Source: an uncultured Alphaproteobacteria bacterium | Lineage (GTDB): Bacteria; Pseudomonadota; Alphaproteobacteria; HIMB59; GCA-002718135 | Direction of reading: 5' to 3' | Length of the DNA: 64,000 nucleotides | Assembly: GCA_902590695.1 (NCBI GenBank) | Contig: CACIXR010000003.1 | Coordinates: forward strand, 48,135-112,134 | Shown here: positions 53,628 through 63,309 of the stretch, one piece after another | Layout of the letters: each line of letters starts with the position of its first letter | Numbering within the stretch: the stretch's first letter is position 1 | Position numbers and translations under genes: made by a program | Notes under the pieces: model-generated | Databases searched by the model: none | What the model was told of the DNA's origin: nothing | The model's input: the letters and a program-made list of their open reading frames with translations, nothing else

Positions 53628-54558
53628 CTTATTAAATATAATTAGCAGTGTATTTGGATATATCCTTTTTGGATTTTTTGTAAATAAATTACAAATACTT
53701 CCAAAAAAATATATTGATTATTTTGATTTTACAGGTTTCAACATTCTTTTACCCTTAGCTTTAATTATATATTTTTGGCAAGTCTCATTTCCTCAAATTA
53801 ATTCTATTGGCCTGATCATCTCATTTTTTGCTTCAGGAATTTTTATATCCATGACTGGTTTTTTAATTAGCAAACAATTTTTAAATTTTAAAACAGATGA
53901 CTCTGCACTTTTTGGATTAGCTGCTTGTTTTGGTAACACAGTAGCAATGGGAATACCTCTAATGTATGCAGTTTTGGGCCCAATAAATACAATTCCTTAT
54001 ATGATATTAGTTTTTTTTCATGGTATTGTTCATTTTAGCTATACTGTTATTATAATAGAAGTTTATAGAAATAGACAAAAAAACATTGTCGAAATTTTTT
54101 ATCAAATATTATTAGGTATAATTAAAAATATTGTACTTTTTGGAATGATAATTGGAATCATTCTTAATTACTCTAATCTTATTGTTCCATCTATTATGAA
54201 GCAGCCTTTAGATATTTTTGTAAACCTTGCGCTTCCAATAGTTCTTATTTCTTTAGGTCTTGCATTAGGAAATTTTAAAATTAGAGAAAATATTTATGGT
54301 GCAATACTATTAACTATCTTAAAAAATTTTATTCACCCTATAATTGCATTTTGTTTAGCACATTTTATATTAGAGCTTGATAGTCTCTTGGTAATTATTG
54401 TTACTATGGCTGCAGCTTTACCAAGTGGCTCACAATCATATTATTTTGCATATAGATATAATTCGCTAAAAGCTGTTGTTTCTTCAAATGTAGTATTAAG
54501 TACGTTTGTTAGTTTTTTTACACTATCTTTATTATTAGTATTTTTTGATATTACGTAG
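53620..54558 (+). CDS. AEC (auxin efflux carrier) family transporter
   Basis: LPLAL, FGNT..MGIP, LG..L, K...HP, AALP. ATG at 53620 preferred. Confidence 0.88.
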   Translation: MIDLLNIISSVFGYILFGFFVNKLQILPKKYIDYFDFTGFNILLPLALIIYFWQVSFPQINSIGLIISFFASGIFISMTGFLISKQFLNFKTDDSALFGLAACFGNTVAMGIPLMYAVLGPINTIPYMILVFFHGIVHFSYTVIIIEVYRNRQKNIVEIFYQILLGIIKNIVLFGMIIGIILNYSNLIVPSIMKQPLDIFVNLALPIVLISLGLALGNFKIRENIYGAILLTILKNFIHPIIAFCLAHFILELDSLLVIIVTMAAALPSGSQSYYFAYRYNSLKAVVSSNVVLSTFVSFFTLSLLLVFFDIT

Positions 54559-55105
54559 ATTGAGAAATGAACGATTGTATTCTTTCTTTCTTATCCATAG
54601 TTTTAACACTAAAAGGAAAAATCTCTAACATCTTATCATATACATCAATTGCCTGTTGTAACTGTCCTTGATGAATAAAAATTAGACCCATTCCATCAAG
54701 AGCACCAAAATGTCTTGGTTCTAATTCAAGAGTTTTAATGATGTCTTGCATTGATTGATCAAAATTACCCATCATAAAATGAACTGTTGCTCTCTTATTC
54801 CAACCCTCTGCAAAATTAGGATCTTCTTCAATTAAATTATTAAAAAATCTAATTGCTAGTGGATAATTTCTCAAATTCATAGCTTGAATACCTTTCTCAA
54901 AATATTCAATTACTTTTGGATCATCAACTTCATACCAAATATTCCAAATGTCAGATATCAAATCTCTTATCTCATCCTGATTTTCAGTCTCATTTAATTT
55001 TTTAAACAAATTATTTAGCCGTGGATCATTTTGATCTGCTAATGCTATCTTACTAGCAAACAAAAGACTTATACTGACAATTAATATTTTAAAGATAACT
55101 CTCAT
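54551..55105 (-). CDS. Exported TPR protein
   Basis: Signal peptide ending ALA-DQ, TPRs P.FAEGWNKRAT and LEPRHFGAL.G.G. ATG at 55105 preferred. Confidence 0.85.
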   Translation of the reverse strand: MRVIFKILIVSISLLFASKIALADQNDPRLNNLFKKLNETENQDEIRDLISDIWNIWYEVDDPKVIEYFEKGIQAMNLRNYPLAIRFFNNLIEEDPNFAEGWNKRATVHFMMGNFDQSMQDIIKTLELEPRHFGALDGMGLIFIHQGQLQQAIDVYDKMLEIFPFSVKTMDKKERIQSFISQST

Positions 55106-55322
55106 ATTTAAATGATTTTTTGGATAGATTTCTTTTCTTTTCATGCTTTCTAGTTCTCCCTGTTACTCTAGTTCTCCATAACTTAAATGATCTAGGTTTC
55201 AGATTTGTTCTCATTATTTTTATAACCTCTGATTCGGTTACACCGTGAATTCTTTTTATTTTTTCAAAAGAGGTTTTATCGCACCAGGCTAATTTAATAA
55301 TATTATCTATATTCTCGTGCAT
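55089..55322 (-). CDS. TIGR03643/DUF2805 family protein
   Basis: II..AW.DKT.FE.I...G..E..VI..MR..LKP.SF..WR.RV.GR. Confidence 0.85.
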   Translation of the reverse strand: MHENIDNIIKLAWCDKTSFEKIKRIHGVTESEVIKIMRTNLKPRSFKLWRTRVTGRTRKHEKKRNLSKKSFKYESYL

Positions 55323-55362
55323 ATTATGAATATAGTTCTTAATTAATTAAATTCTAAAAAAA

Positions 55363-55986
55363 ATGATTGATTTGTATTCATCGCCTACCCCTAATGGTCG
55401 AAAAATTAGCATTATGCTTGAAGAATTAGGTGTGGATTTTAATCCTATTTTAATAAATTTAGATAAAAAAGAGCAGTTTAGTCAACATTTTTCAAAAATA
55501 TCTCCTGCAAATAAAATTCCTGTAATTGTAGATAATGATAACAACCAAACAGTATTCGAATCCGGGGCTATCCTTCTATATCTGGCAAAAAAATATGATA
55601 AATTTCTAAATAAAGATAAGTATTGGGAAATAATACAATGGGTTTTTTTTCAAATGGCTTACGTTGGGCCAATGCTAGGCCAAGCTCATCAATATTTATT
55701 TTATCATCCTGGCAAAAGCAAATTTGCAGAAGATAAAACAAAAGGCTATGCACAACATATATATTCAATTTTGGATAAAAGACTTTCTAAACAAGAATAT
55801 TTTTCGGATACCTATTCAATAGCTGATATTTCAATTTGGCCTTGGACAGCTCGTTATGAAAGACATCAAATAAATTTGCATGATTATCCAAATGTGTTGA
55901 GATGGTATGAACAAATATCAATAAGACCTGCTGTTATTAAAGGATATAATTCTCTAGGTGAATTTTATGAAATTCCTAAGCCTTAA
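55363..55986 (+). CDS. Glutathione S-transferase (YfcG-like)
   Basis: TPNG.K, KIP, FESGAIL.YLA, GPM.GQ, YSIADI. Confidence 0.92.
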   Translation: MIDLYSSPTPNGRKISIMLEELGVDFNPILINLDKKEQFSQHFSKISPANKIPVIVDNDNNQTVFESGAILLYLAKKYDKFLNKDKYWEIIQWVFFQMAYVGPMLGQAHQYLFYHPGKSKFAEDKTKGYAQHIYSILDKRLSKQEYFSDTYSIADISIWPWTARYERHQINLHDYPNVLRWYEQISIRPAVIKGYNSLGEFYEIPKP

Positions 55987-56591
55987 GCTTTGTAAAATAA
56001 AACTGAGCCTGCGGTTATAATTAAAAGGATTGCTAAAAACCATTCAACAATTATTTTTAATTTTTCATTATTAAGATATTGTCTGATAACACTTCCTCCA
56101 TATGCCCATATACTAATAGAAGGAATATTTACTACTGTAGACATAATGACCATAAATAGTGTTCCAATTATTATATTTTCATCTTTTGGATAATATAATG
56201 TTACTGCAGTTGAACAGATTACCCAAGCTTTTGGATTTACAAATTGAAACAAAATTGCTTCATGATATTTTAATGGTCTTGATCTATCTTCAGTCTTTGA
56301 AATATTTAAAGACCCAAACATTTTATATGCTAAATAAAGAATGTAGCCTGCGCCAACATATCTTAAAATATCATAGAGTATAGGATAGGTAATAAACAAA
56401 GATCCAAGACCGAGACATACAAGTGCTAATTGCAAACCATGACCAGAAGGAATGCCAAAAATATTAGGTATAGATCTTATAAATCCAAATTTTATACCTG
56501 ATGCAGTTAAAATACTATTATTTGGACCTGGAGTTACGTACATAATAAAATTATACACTGCTAAAGCAGCTATTAATTCCCATGTAATCAT
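55983..56591 (-). CDS. LysE/RhtB family exporter
   Basis: TPGPNN, G..Y..YLA, FQFVNPKAW. Confidence 0.9.
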   Translation of the reverse strand: MITWELIAALAVYNFIMYVTPGPNNSILTASGIKFGFIRSIPNIFGIPSGHGLQLALVCLGLGSLFITYPILYDILRYVGAGYILYLAYKMFGSLNISKTEDRSRPLKYHEAILFQFVNPKAWVICSTAVTLYYPKDENIIIGTLFMVIMSTVVNIPSISIWAYGGSVIRQYLNNEKLKIIVEWFLAILLIITAGSVLFYKA

Positions 56592-56593
56592 TT

Positions 56594-57079
56594 TTAATCT
56601 CTAAAATTTACAAATTGGACTGGTATACCTATCTTAGCATCCTCAATAAGCTTCATTACACTTTGTAAATCATCTTTTTTCTTTCCTTCAACACGAAGTT
56701 CATTCCCATTGATCTTTACTTGAACTTTTAATTTAGAACTTTTGATATCAGAAGTAATTTTTTTACACAGTGATTGCTCAATTCCTTCTACTAATTCATA
56801 CATCTGACGAATTTTATTCCCCCCAGCTTTTTCCATATCATTTTTTTTTAAACATAAAGGATCAACTTTTCGTCTAACAAAATGAGTAACCAGCATGTCA
56901 TTTACTTGACCAGCTTTCATTTCATCATCAGTAGTAACAACTATAGTATTTTCTTTTTTTTCAATTGAAGTATCTGATCCTTTAAAATCGTACCTAGTAG
57001 TAATTTCTCTTGTTGCATTTCCTAATGCGTTATCAATTTCTTGATGATCTAATCTGTTTACAATATCAAAACTAGGCAT
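56594..57079 (-). CDS. yajQ: YajQ nucleotide/c-di-GMP-binding protein
   Basis: MPSFDIV, RYDFKGS, RV.GKK.DDLQ, QF.NFRD. Confidence 0.95.
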   Translation of the reverse strand: MPSFDIVNRLDHQEIDNALGNATREITTRYDFKGSDTSIEKKENTIVVTTDDEMKAGQVNDMLVTHFVRRKVDPLCLKKNDMEKAGGNKIRQMYELVEGIEQSLCKKITSDIKSSKLKVQVKINGNELRVEGKKKDDLQSVMKLIEDAKIGIPVQFVNFRD

Positions 57080-57083
57080 TTAT

Positions 57084-58046
57084 TTAGTTTATTACATCGT
57101 CATTTATATCTGGCAACTGTTTTTTAGTGCTTAATCTTCCTAATTTTTTCATCTTTTCTACTTTTTTAGTCAAACTTCCTGAACCATCTTTCAATCTTTG
57201 TTTAGCTTCATCCATTTTTGATTTAGCTAAATCTATTGACTGATTAGCTTTTACAAACGACTCATATACACTGACTGTTTTATCATAAATATCTGATGCA
57301 GCTGATGCTATATCTTTTATTGTTTTAGATTGTTTATCAACCCGCCACATATTTTCTACAGCTTTAAGTAAAAAGGGTAAAGTTGATGGCCCAACAATAA
57401 TTATTTTATTGTTCCATGAATCTTCTATAAGTTTATTTGCCTCATTATATAAAGTAAGTAGCGCTGGTTCTATTGGAACAAACATTAAAACATTATCAAT
57501 TGTATTGATTCCATATATTTTTGAATAATTATCTTTACTCAAACTTCTAATCGAAGTTTTTGTTGAATCCAAAAATTTTTTCAAAAATATCTTCTTTTGT
57601 TGATTGTCATTTGTATTAGAATAATCATGCCAAGAATCTAAGGACACTTTTGAATCTATAATTATGTGTCTATTACCTGGCATATGAACAATTACATCGG
57701 GTTTTTGTAAATTGCCATCTTCATCTCTAAAAGTTTTTTGAGTTGAGTACTCTTCTCCTTCTCTTAAACCAACACTATCTAAAATATTTTTAAGTACAAA
57801 TTCTCCCCAAGGACCTTGTTGAAGCGCACCACCTCTAATTAATGTATTTTCAATTCTATCTTGAGCTAAATTAAAATTTTGTAAAGATTGCTGAATTGAT
57901 TGCATATGATTTTTTAAGGAAGTAAGATCAGTATCATCTTTTATTTCAGAACTTTTTGGTTTGCGAAGAAAAAATAAAATTGCTAAAAAACCAACTCCAG
58001 ATAAAAAACCAATAATGAAAACAAATATAAGATTTTCAAACATCAC
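57084..58046 (-). CDS. rmuC: RmuC family protein (short form)
   Basis: N-terminal TM, G.WGE..L, PD....PG....IDSK nuclease-like motif, MFVP.E, GPSTL. Confidence 0.9.
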   Translation of the reverse strand: MMFENLIFVFIIGFLSGVGFLAILFFLRKPKSSEIKDDTDLTSLKNHMQSIQQSLQNFNLAQDRIENTLIRGGALQQGPWGEFVLKNILDSVGLREGEEYSTQKTFRDEDGNLQKPDVIVHMPGNRHIIIDSKVSLDSWHDYSNTNDNQQKKIFLKKFLDSTKTSIRSLSKDNYSKIYGINTIDNVLMFVPIEPALLTLYNEANKLIEDSWNNKIIIVGPSTLPFLLKAVENMWRVDKQSKTIKDIASAASDIYDKTVSVYESFVKANQSIDLAKSKMDEAKQRLKDGSGSLTKKVEKMKKLGRLSTKKQLPDINDDVIN

Positions 58047-58049
58047 TAT

Positions 58050-58466
58050 TTAGATAAGATATAAATATATTATCAAATATCTAGCAATTTTCCCAATAGA
58101 TACAAATATTAAAAAAAAAGTAATATTATATTTTACTGTACCTGCTGCAAATGCGATTGGATCTCCAATAATAGGTACCCATGAAAATAATAATGACCAT
58201 TTTCCATACTTTTTGAAAATATCTGTAGCTTTCTGTAATAAGTATTGATTTACTGGGAACCAAGGTTTCTTAATAAGAAAATTTACAAAGTAACCACATA
58301 TCCAACTGATTAGAGATCCTAAAATATTACCTGCTGAAGCAAAAAATAATAATAAAAATGGATTATACTTATTAGATAATAATAGTGCTGATAAATATGT
58401 CTCTGAAGCAAAAGGAAAAAAAGTACCTAAAGACAAACAAAAAATAAATAATGATGAATAGATCAA
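58050..58466 (-). CDS. YqaA-like DedA/VTT membrane protein
   Basis: T..P..SE, GN.LG, SWVPIIGD, GK.ARY. Confidence 0.88.
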   Translation of the reverse strand: MIYSSLFIFCLSLGTFFPFASETYLSALLLSNKYNPFLLLFFASAGNILGSLISWICGYFVNFLIKKPWFPVNQYLLQKATDIFKKYGKWSLLFSWVPIIGDPIAFAAGTVKYNITFFLIFVSIGKIARYLIIYLYLI

Positions 58467-58515
58467 AGTATTTCTTATTGTTAATTTATGTTATTGTTAT
58501 GTTACTTATCAATTT

Positions 58516-59658
58516 ATGAACGATTTTCCAAAAGAAGAATTTATTTCCAGAATTGAAAAAATACAAATACATATTGAAAAAGAAAATATTGATGCTGTCA
58601 TTATAACTTCACCGTCAAATTTTAGATATTTCACTGGACTTGATAGTAATTTTTGGGAAAGTCCTACAAGACCCTGGTATTTAATTATTTCAAAAAAAAA
58701 TCCAATTAAAGCTATAATTCCATCTATTGGTATTACAGCTATGCAAAACACATTAGTCAATGATATCGAAACTTGGGAGTCTCCAAATCCGAAAGATGAA
58801 GGAATATCTTTATTGAAAAAAAACATCAAAAGTTTTCCTAAAAATTCAAATATTGGTTTTGAATTAGGAAATGAAACTTTTTTGCGAATGAGTATTAACG
58901 ATTATCAGGATATTCAAAAAAATTTATCAGAATATAATTTTGTTGATGCTAGTAAAATACTTTGGAGTATAAGAAAATTAAAATCTGAAATAGAGATCAG
59001 TAATATTAAAGAAATTTGTTCTATTACAAGTAAGGTGTTTGATAATTTTCCTGAAAAAATTAATTTAGGAATGAGTGAAAAACAAATTACATCAATATTT
59101 AAAAAAGAATTAATTGAGGGTGGTGCAGATTATATTCAATATATGGCGTGTGCTTCGGGACTTAATGGTTATAATCAGATTATCTGTAACCCAACAGAAA
59201 GGGTAACTAAAGATGGTGATATTCTAATTATTGATACCGGTGCAACATTAAATGGTTATTTTTCAGATTTCGATAGAAATTTTGGCTTTGGAAGAATTAA
59301 CAAACAAGTTCTAGATGCATATAATAAATTGTGGGAAGCAACTGAGAGAACTTTAGAAATTATAAAACCTGGAACTAGTTGTTCAGAAATATATTCTAAA
59401 TTATCTTATAGTTTAACAACTAACAACATATCAGTTGGAAGGATGGGTCATGGTTTAGGCTTACAACTGACTGAGCCGCCAAGTATTATGAAAAATGACA
59501 AAACATTACTTGAGGAAAATATGATTATAACTCTTGAGCCATCAATTGAAATGGACGAAAATAAAATATTAGTACAAGAAGAAAATTTATTGATAACTAA
59601 AAATTCCTATAAACTTTTAAGTACTAGAACTCCTGAAAATTTACCTATTATTAATTAG
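58516..59658 (+). CDS. M24 family metallohydrolase (Xaa-Pro peptidase/creatinase fold)
   Basis: Creatinase-like N domain (YFTG), then D.G....GY.SD, GHGLG, TLEP, EEN. Confidence 0.85.
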   Translation: MNDFPKEEFISRIEKIQIHIEKENIDAVIITSPSNFRYFTGLDSNFWESPTRPWYLIISKKNPIKAIIPSIGITAMQNTLVNDIETWESPNPKDEGISLLKKNIKSFPKNSNIGFELGNETFLRMSINDYQDIQKNLSEYNFVDASKILWSIRKLKSEIEISNIKEICSITSKVFDNFPEKINLGMSEKQITSIFKKELIEGGADYIQYMACASGLNGYNQIICNPTERVTKDGDILIIDTGATLNGYFSDFDRNFGFGRINKQVLDAYNKLWEATERTLEIIKPGTSCSEIYSKLSYSLTTNNISVGRMGHGLGLQLTEPPSIMKNDKTLLEENMIITLEPSIEMDENKILVQEENLLITKNSYKLLSTRTPENLPIIN

Positions 59659-61377
59659 TTAAATAATTGATTCAATTTTAGGCATAAGTCTAATTAATTC
59701 CTTCGTATATTCATGCTCAGGATTATTAAACAATTCCTCTGTATCTTTTGTTTCACAAACAGCACCATTTTTTAGTACAATTATTCGGTTACACATTTGG
59801 CGAATTACAGGAAGATCATGGCTAATAAATAGCATAGTGAGATGAAGTTCATCTTGTATATCTTTTAATAAATTCAATATTTGTGCTTGTATACTGACAT
59901 CCAATGCAGAAGTTGGTTCATCACATATTAATAATCTTGGTCTTGTTGCCAAGGCACGAGCAATAGATATTCTCTGCCTTTGCCCTCCTGAGAATTCATG
60001 TGGGTATCGATCTAGAGATTGTCTGGTCATTCCAACAATATCTATTAGGTCGTAAACATTTTGTAAAAGATCATTATTGCTAATATTTTTTTGAAAAAAT
60101 TTAATTGGTTCTGCAATAATATCCTTAACTTTGAAACGAGGATTTAGAGATGAGTAAGGATCTTGAAAAATCATTTGAATTTGACCTCTACTATTATGAA
60201 TTTGATATTTTTTATTTGAATTATATAGAGGTTCATTATTATAAATTAAATTACCTTTATTAGGACTAATTAATCCAGTAATAATTTTTGCAATAGTTGA
60301 TTTACCTGAACCAGACTCTCCAACTAATCCAAGTGTCTCACCTTCGAATAATTCAAAAGATACATTGTCGACAGCTTTAACTATTTTATCATTCGAACTT
60401 TTATTAGAAATAAATGAAAAACCACTACCTAAAGAATTATCATCGAAAACTTTTGTCACTTCATCAAGTTTTAATAATTTTTGATTTTTATTTTCCCTTA
60501 TGCCCCATGTTTTAATAATATTTTTAGTCAAATCCTTGGAACTAGATGTTATTTCCTTACCATCGGGACTAATCAATTTAAATCTATCAATTTTCTTATT
60601 TGTTGGTGGCACTGAAATTACTAAGCTTCTTGCTTCTGTTGATTTTGGATTTGTTAATAATTCTTTAGTCTCACCTTGTTCAACAATATGTCCGTATCTC
60701 ATGACAATAACTTTATCAGTCGTCTCTGCTATGACTCCCATATCATGGGTAATAATTATAACACCAAGATTTCTTTTCTTTGTAAGATCTTTAAGAAGTT
60801 CTAATATTTGATATTGAATACTTACATCTAAAGCTGTTGTTGGTTCATCTGCAATTATTAAGTCAGGTTCACAACTTATCGCTAAAGCTATCACAACTCT
60901 TTGACGCATACCGCCACTAAATTGGTGTGGATAGTCTTCAATTCTTTTTTCAGCGTTCTCTATTCCAACCTCTTTAAGTAGTTGAATTGATTTTTTAAGT
61001 GAATCTTGATAACTTAAATTTAAATGAGCCTGAATAGTTTCAATTAATTGATCTTTTATTTTAAATAGAGGGTTTAATGAAGTTTGAGGGTCTTGAAAGA
61101 CAAATCCTATTTTTTTTCCTCTAATATTTTGAATTATTTCTTCATTACTTCTTAATTCAATATTGTCTATTTTTATTGAACCATCTGTAATTTCACCTGG
61201 AGGATCAATCAAGTTAATTATCGCATTTGCAATTGTAGATTTTCCAGATCCAGACTCACCGACAATTCCTAATATTTCACCTCTTTCTAAAGAAAATTCT
61301 ACATTTTTGCTTGCAACAATAGTTTCCTTTCGTGTTGGATAACTTATGTTTAAATTTTTTACTTCTAAAAAACTCAT
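59659..61377 (-). CDS. Peptide ABC transporter, fused double ATPase
   Basis: Two GESGSGKS / FSGG / DEPT sets. ATG at 61377 overlaps the upstream stop. Confidence 0.93.
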   Translation of the reverse strand: MSFLEVKNLNISYPTRKETIVASKNVEFSLERGEILGIVGESGSGKSTIANAIINLIDPPGEITDGSIKIDNIELRSNEEIIQNIRGKKIGFVFQDPQTSLNPLFKIKDQLIETIQAHLNLSYQDSLKKSIQLLKEVGIENAEKRIEDYPHQFSGGMRQRVVIALAISCEPDLIIADEPTTALDVSIQYQILELLKDLTKKRNLGVIIITHDMGVIAETTDKVIVMRYGHIVEQGETKELLTNPKSTEARSLVISVPPTNKKIDRFKLISPDGKEITSSSKDLTKNIIKTWGIRENKNQKLLKLDEVTKVFDDNSLGSGFSFISNKSSNDKIVKAVDNVSFELFEGETLGLVGESGSGKSTIAKIITGLISPNKGNLIYNNEPLYNSNKKYQIHNSRGQIQMIFQDPYSSLNPRFKVKDIIAEPIKFFQKNISNNDLLQNVYDLIDIVGMTRQSLDRYPHEFSGGQRQRISIARALATRPRLLICDEPTSALDVSIQAQILNLLKDIQDELHLTMLFISHDLPVIRQMCNRIIVLKNGAVCETKDTEELFNNPEHEYTKELIRLMPKIESII

Positions 61378-62297
61378 CTCTTTTTTAATTTTGGATTTAA
61401 AGCATCTCTCATCCAATCCCCTAATAAATTAATTGATAATGCTAAAACAATTAAGAAAATTGCTGGAAAAAAAGTAATCCACCACTCTCCTGAAAACAAA
61501 AAATTATTTCCAAACCTTATTAGAGTCCCAAGAGAAGGTGTTGTTGGTGGAACGCCAACACCTAAAAAACTTAAGGTGGACTCTGTAATAATTGCAAGTG
61601 CTAATCCGATTGTAGCAATTACCAATATAGGCCGAAGTATATTTGGTAAAATATGCTTAAACATAATTAATATATTTGATAATCCAATAATTCTTGAAGC
61701 TGAGACATACTCTTTATTTTTTTCAACTAAGGTTGATGCTCTCGATACTCTTGCAAACTGAGGCCATTCTGAAATACCAATGGCGAAAATCAAAACATAA
61801 ATTGCCATTTCGTCATGCATTGATTGTGAGATAATTGCCCTTGCAATACCATCAACAAGTAAAGCCATTAAAATACTTGGAATAGTTAACTGCACATCTG
61901 TAAGGCGCATTACAATTATCTCATACCTACCACCAATATATCCAGCTGTTATTCCAAGAAAAACTCCAAGTATCATTGCAAAAATTATAGATGCAAAACC
62001 AACGATCAGTGAAATTCTTGAACCATAAATCATTGTTGAAAACATATCTCTTCCTTGCTGATCAGTTCCTAATATGAAGCTAAAACTTCCTCCCTCCGAC
62101 CATACTGGTGGGGTAAAGGCATCCATTAAAGAAACTGATGCTGGATCAAAAGGATTATAAGGTGCAACTATCCCAGCAAATACAGAACAAAAAAGTATAA
62201 TAAAAAATATTGTTGAAGAAATTACTGCTAATTTAGAATTAAAGAAACTGTATCCAATATCAGTATCGTATATTTTATTGTACGTTTTAAGTAGCAT
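61374..62297 (-). CDS. Peptide ABC permease (DppC-like)
   Basis: LGTD..GRD, EAA-like loop, LSFLGVG. Confidence 0.92.
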   Translation of the reverse strand: MLLKTYNKIYDTDIGYSFFNSKLAVISSTIFFIILFCSVFAGIVAPYNPFDPASVSLMDAFTPPVWSEGGSFSFILGTDQQGRDMFSTMIYGSRISLIVGFASIIFAMILGVFLGITAGYIGGRYEIIVMRLTDVQLTIPSILMALLVDGIARAIISQSMHDEMAIYVLIFAIGISEWPQFARVSRASTLVEKNKEYVSASRIIGLSNILIMFKHILPNILRPILVIATIGLALAIITESTLSFLGVGVPPTTPSLGTLIRFGNNFLFSGEWWITFFPAIFLIVLALSINLLGDWMRDALNPKLKKR

Positions 62298-62298
62298 T

Positions 62299-63276
62299 TT
62301 AACTACCCTCTTCCTTCAGCCTAATTCTAGGATCAATAAAATAGTATGTGATATCTACAATAAAATTTATCATAACAAATATAAAAGCTACCATAATCAT
62401 GTATGCTGACATAATTGGAATATCGACAAAGTATACTGCTTTGATAAATAATGACCCCATGCCTGGCCATTGAAAAACTGTTTCTGTAATAATTGAAAAA
62501 GCAATTAACGTTCCAATGTTAATACCTGTAATAGTAATAACTGGAATTAATCCATTTTTTAGCGCATGCTTATAATTAATAACACTCCTTTTTATACCTC
62601 TTGCTTTTGCAAATTTAATATAATCTGTTTGTAAAATTTCCATCATTTCAGCGCGGACTAATCTAATAACATAGGTCATTTGAAATAAACTTAACGTAAC
62701 TGATGGGAGTATCAGTGCCTTTAAACCAGAAATAGTTAAAAATCCTGTACTCCAAAAACCTAATTGTGTGACTTCACCTCTTCCAAAGGATGGAAGAACT
62801 CCTAAAATTACTGAAAACAAATAAATTAACATTATTCCTATAATGAATGTAGGTAATGAAACCCCTGCTAGAGAAATCACAAGAATAATATTAGAAATAA
62901 AACTGTCTCTGTAAATACCAGTATATACACCCAAGATGACACCGCTGATGATTGCAATTAAAGCGGAGACGAAAACTAATTCTAAAGTTGCAGGCATTCT
63001 TTCTGCAATTAAGTCTGAAACTTCTCTTTTTAATTGGTATGATATTCCAAAATCACCTTGAATTACATTTCCTATAAAACGTGAAAATTGAACGTAAACA
63101 GGATCATTTAAACCCAATACTTCTCTAACCTCAGCACGTCTTTCATCTGAAGCATCTTCTCCAGTCATACTATTTACTGGATCACCAACAAAATTAAATA
63201 AGGAAAATGAAACAAAAGCCACAACAATCATTACAAGAATAGATTGAAAGAGTCTTTTAAAGAAATAACTAAACAT
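62299..63276 (-). CDS. Peptide ABC permease (DppB-like)
   Basis: GDP, GDFG.SY, PATLEL, AKARG, ETVF.WPG.G. Confidence 0.93.
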   Translation of the reverse strand: MFSYFFKRLFQSILVMIVVAFVSFSLFNFVGDPVNSMTGEDASDERRAEVREVLGLNDPVYVQFSRFIGNVIQGDFGISYQLKREVSDLIAERMPATLELVFVSALIAIISGVILGVYTGIYRDSFISNIILVISLAGVSLPTFIIGIMLIYLFSVILGVLPSFGRGEVTQLGFWSTGFLTISGLKALILPSVTLSLFQMTYVIRLVRAEMMEILQTDYIKFAKARGIKRSVINYKHALKNGLIPVITITGINIGTLIAFSIITETVFQWPGMGSLFIKAVYFVDIPIMSAYMIMVAFIFVMINFIVDITYYFIDPRIRLKEEGS

Positions 63277-63283
63277 GGTTTAA

Positions 63284-63309
63284 TTTCTGGCCAGATTACT
63301 GGCCAGAAA
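63284..63309. terminator. Perfect 11-bp stem-loop between the solute-binding gene and the permease gene
   Basis: TTTCTGGCCAG-ATTA-CTGGCCAGAAA. No U-tract on the coding (-) strand, so probably an mRNA stabiliser or attenuator rather than a classic terminator. Confidence 0.7.

Noticed and set aside
57084-58046. PD-(D/E)xK motif as a possible restriction or defence nuclease
   Set aside because: The surrounding motifs and N-terminal TM identify RmuC, and there is no DNA methyltransferase or defence context nearby.
58486-58504. TTATGTTA resembling the XerD arm of a dif site
   Set aside because: No matching XerC arm at the 6-bp spacing, and the flanks do not fit the dif consensus.
58516-59658. 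Calling the M24 protein DddP (DMSP lyase) or ectoine hydrolase
   Set aside because: It is shorter than typical DddP and I could not identify diagnostic motifs; left at family level.
633-61761. About 28 short ORFs in the track (e.g. 633..923, 1090..1377, 7242..7508, 35381..35731, 58509..58829, 60500..60811) that lie antisense to or inside longer genes
   Set aside because: They overlap well-supported genes and have no recognisable motifs; many show the Ser/Phe/Ile/Leu-rich composition typical of antisense shadow frames.
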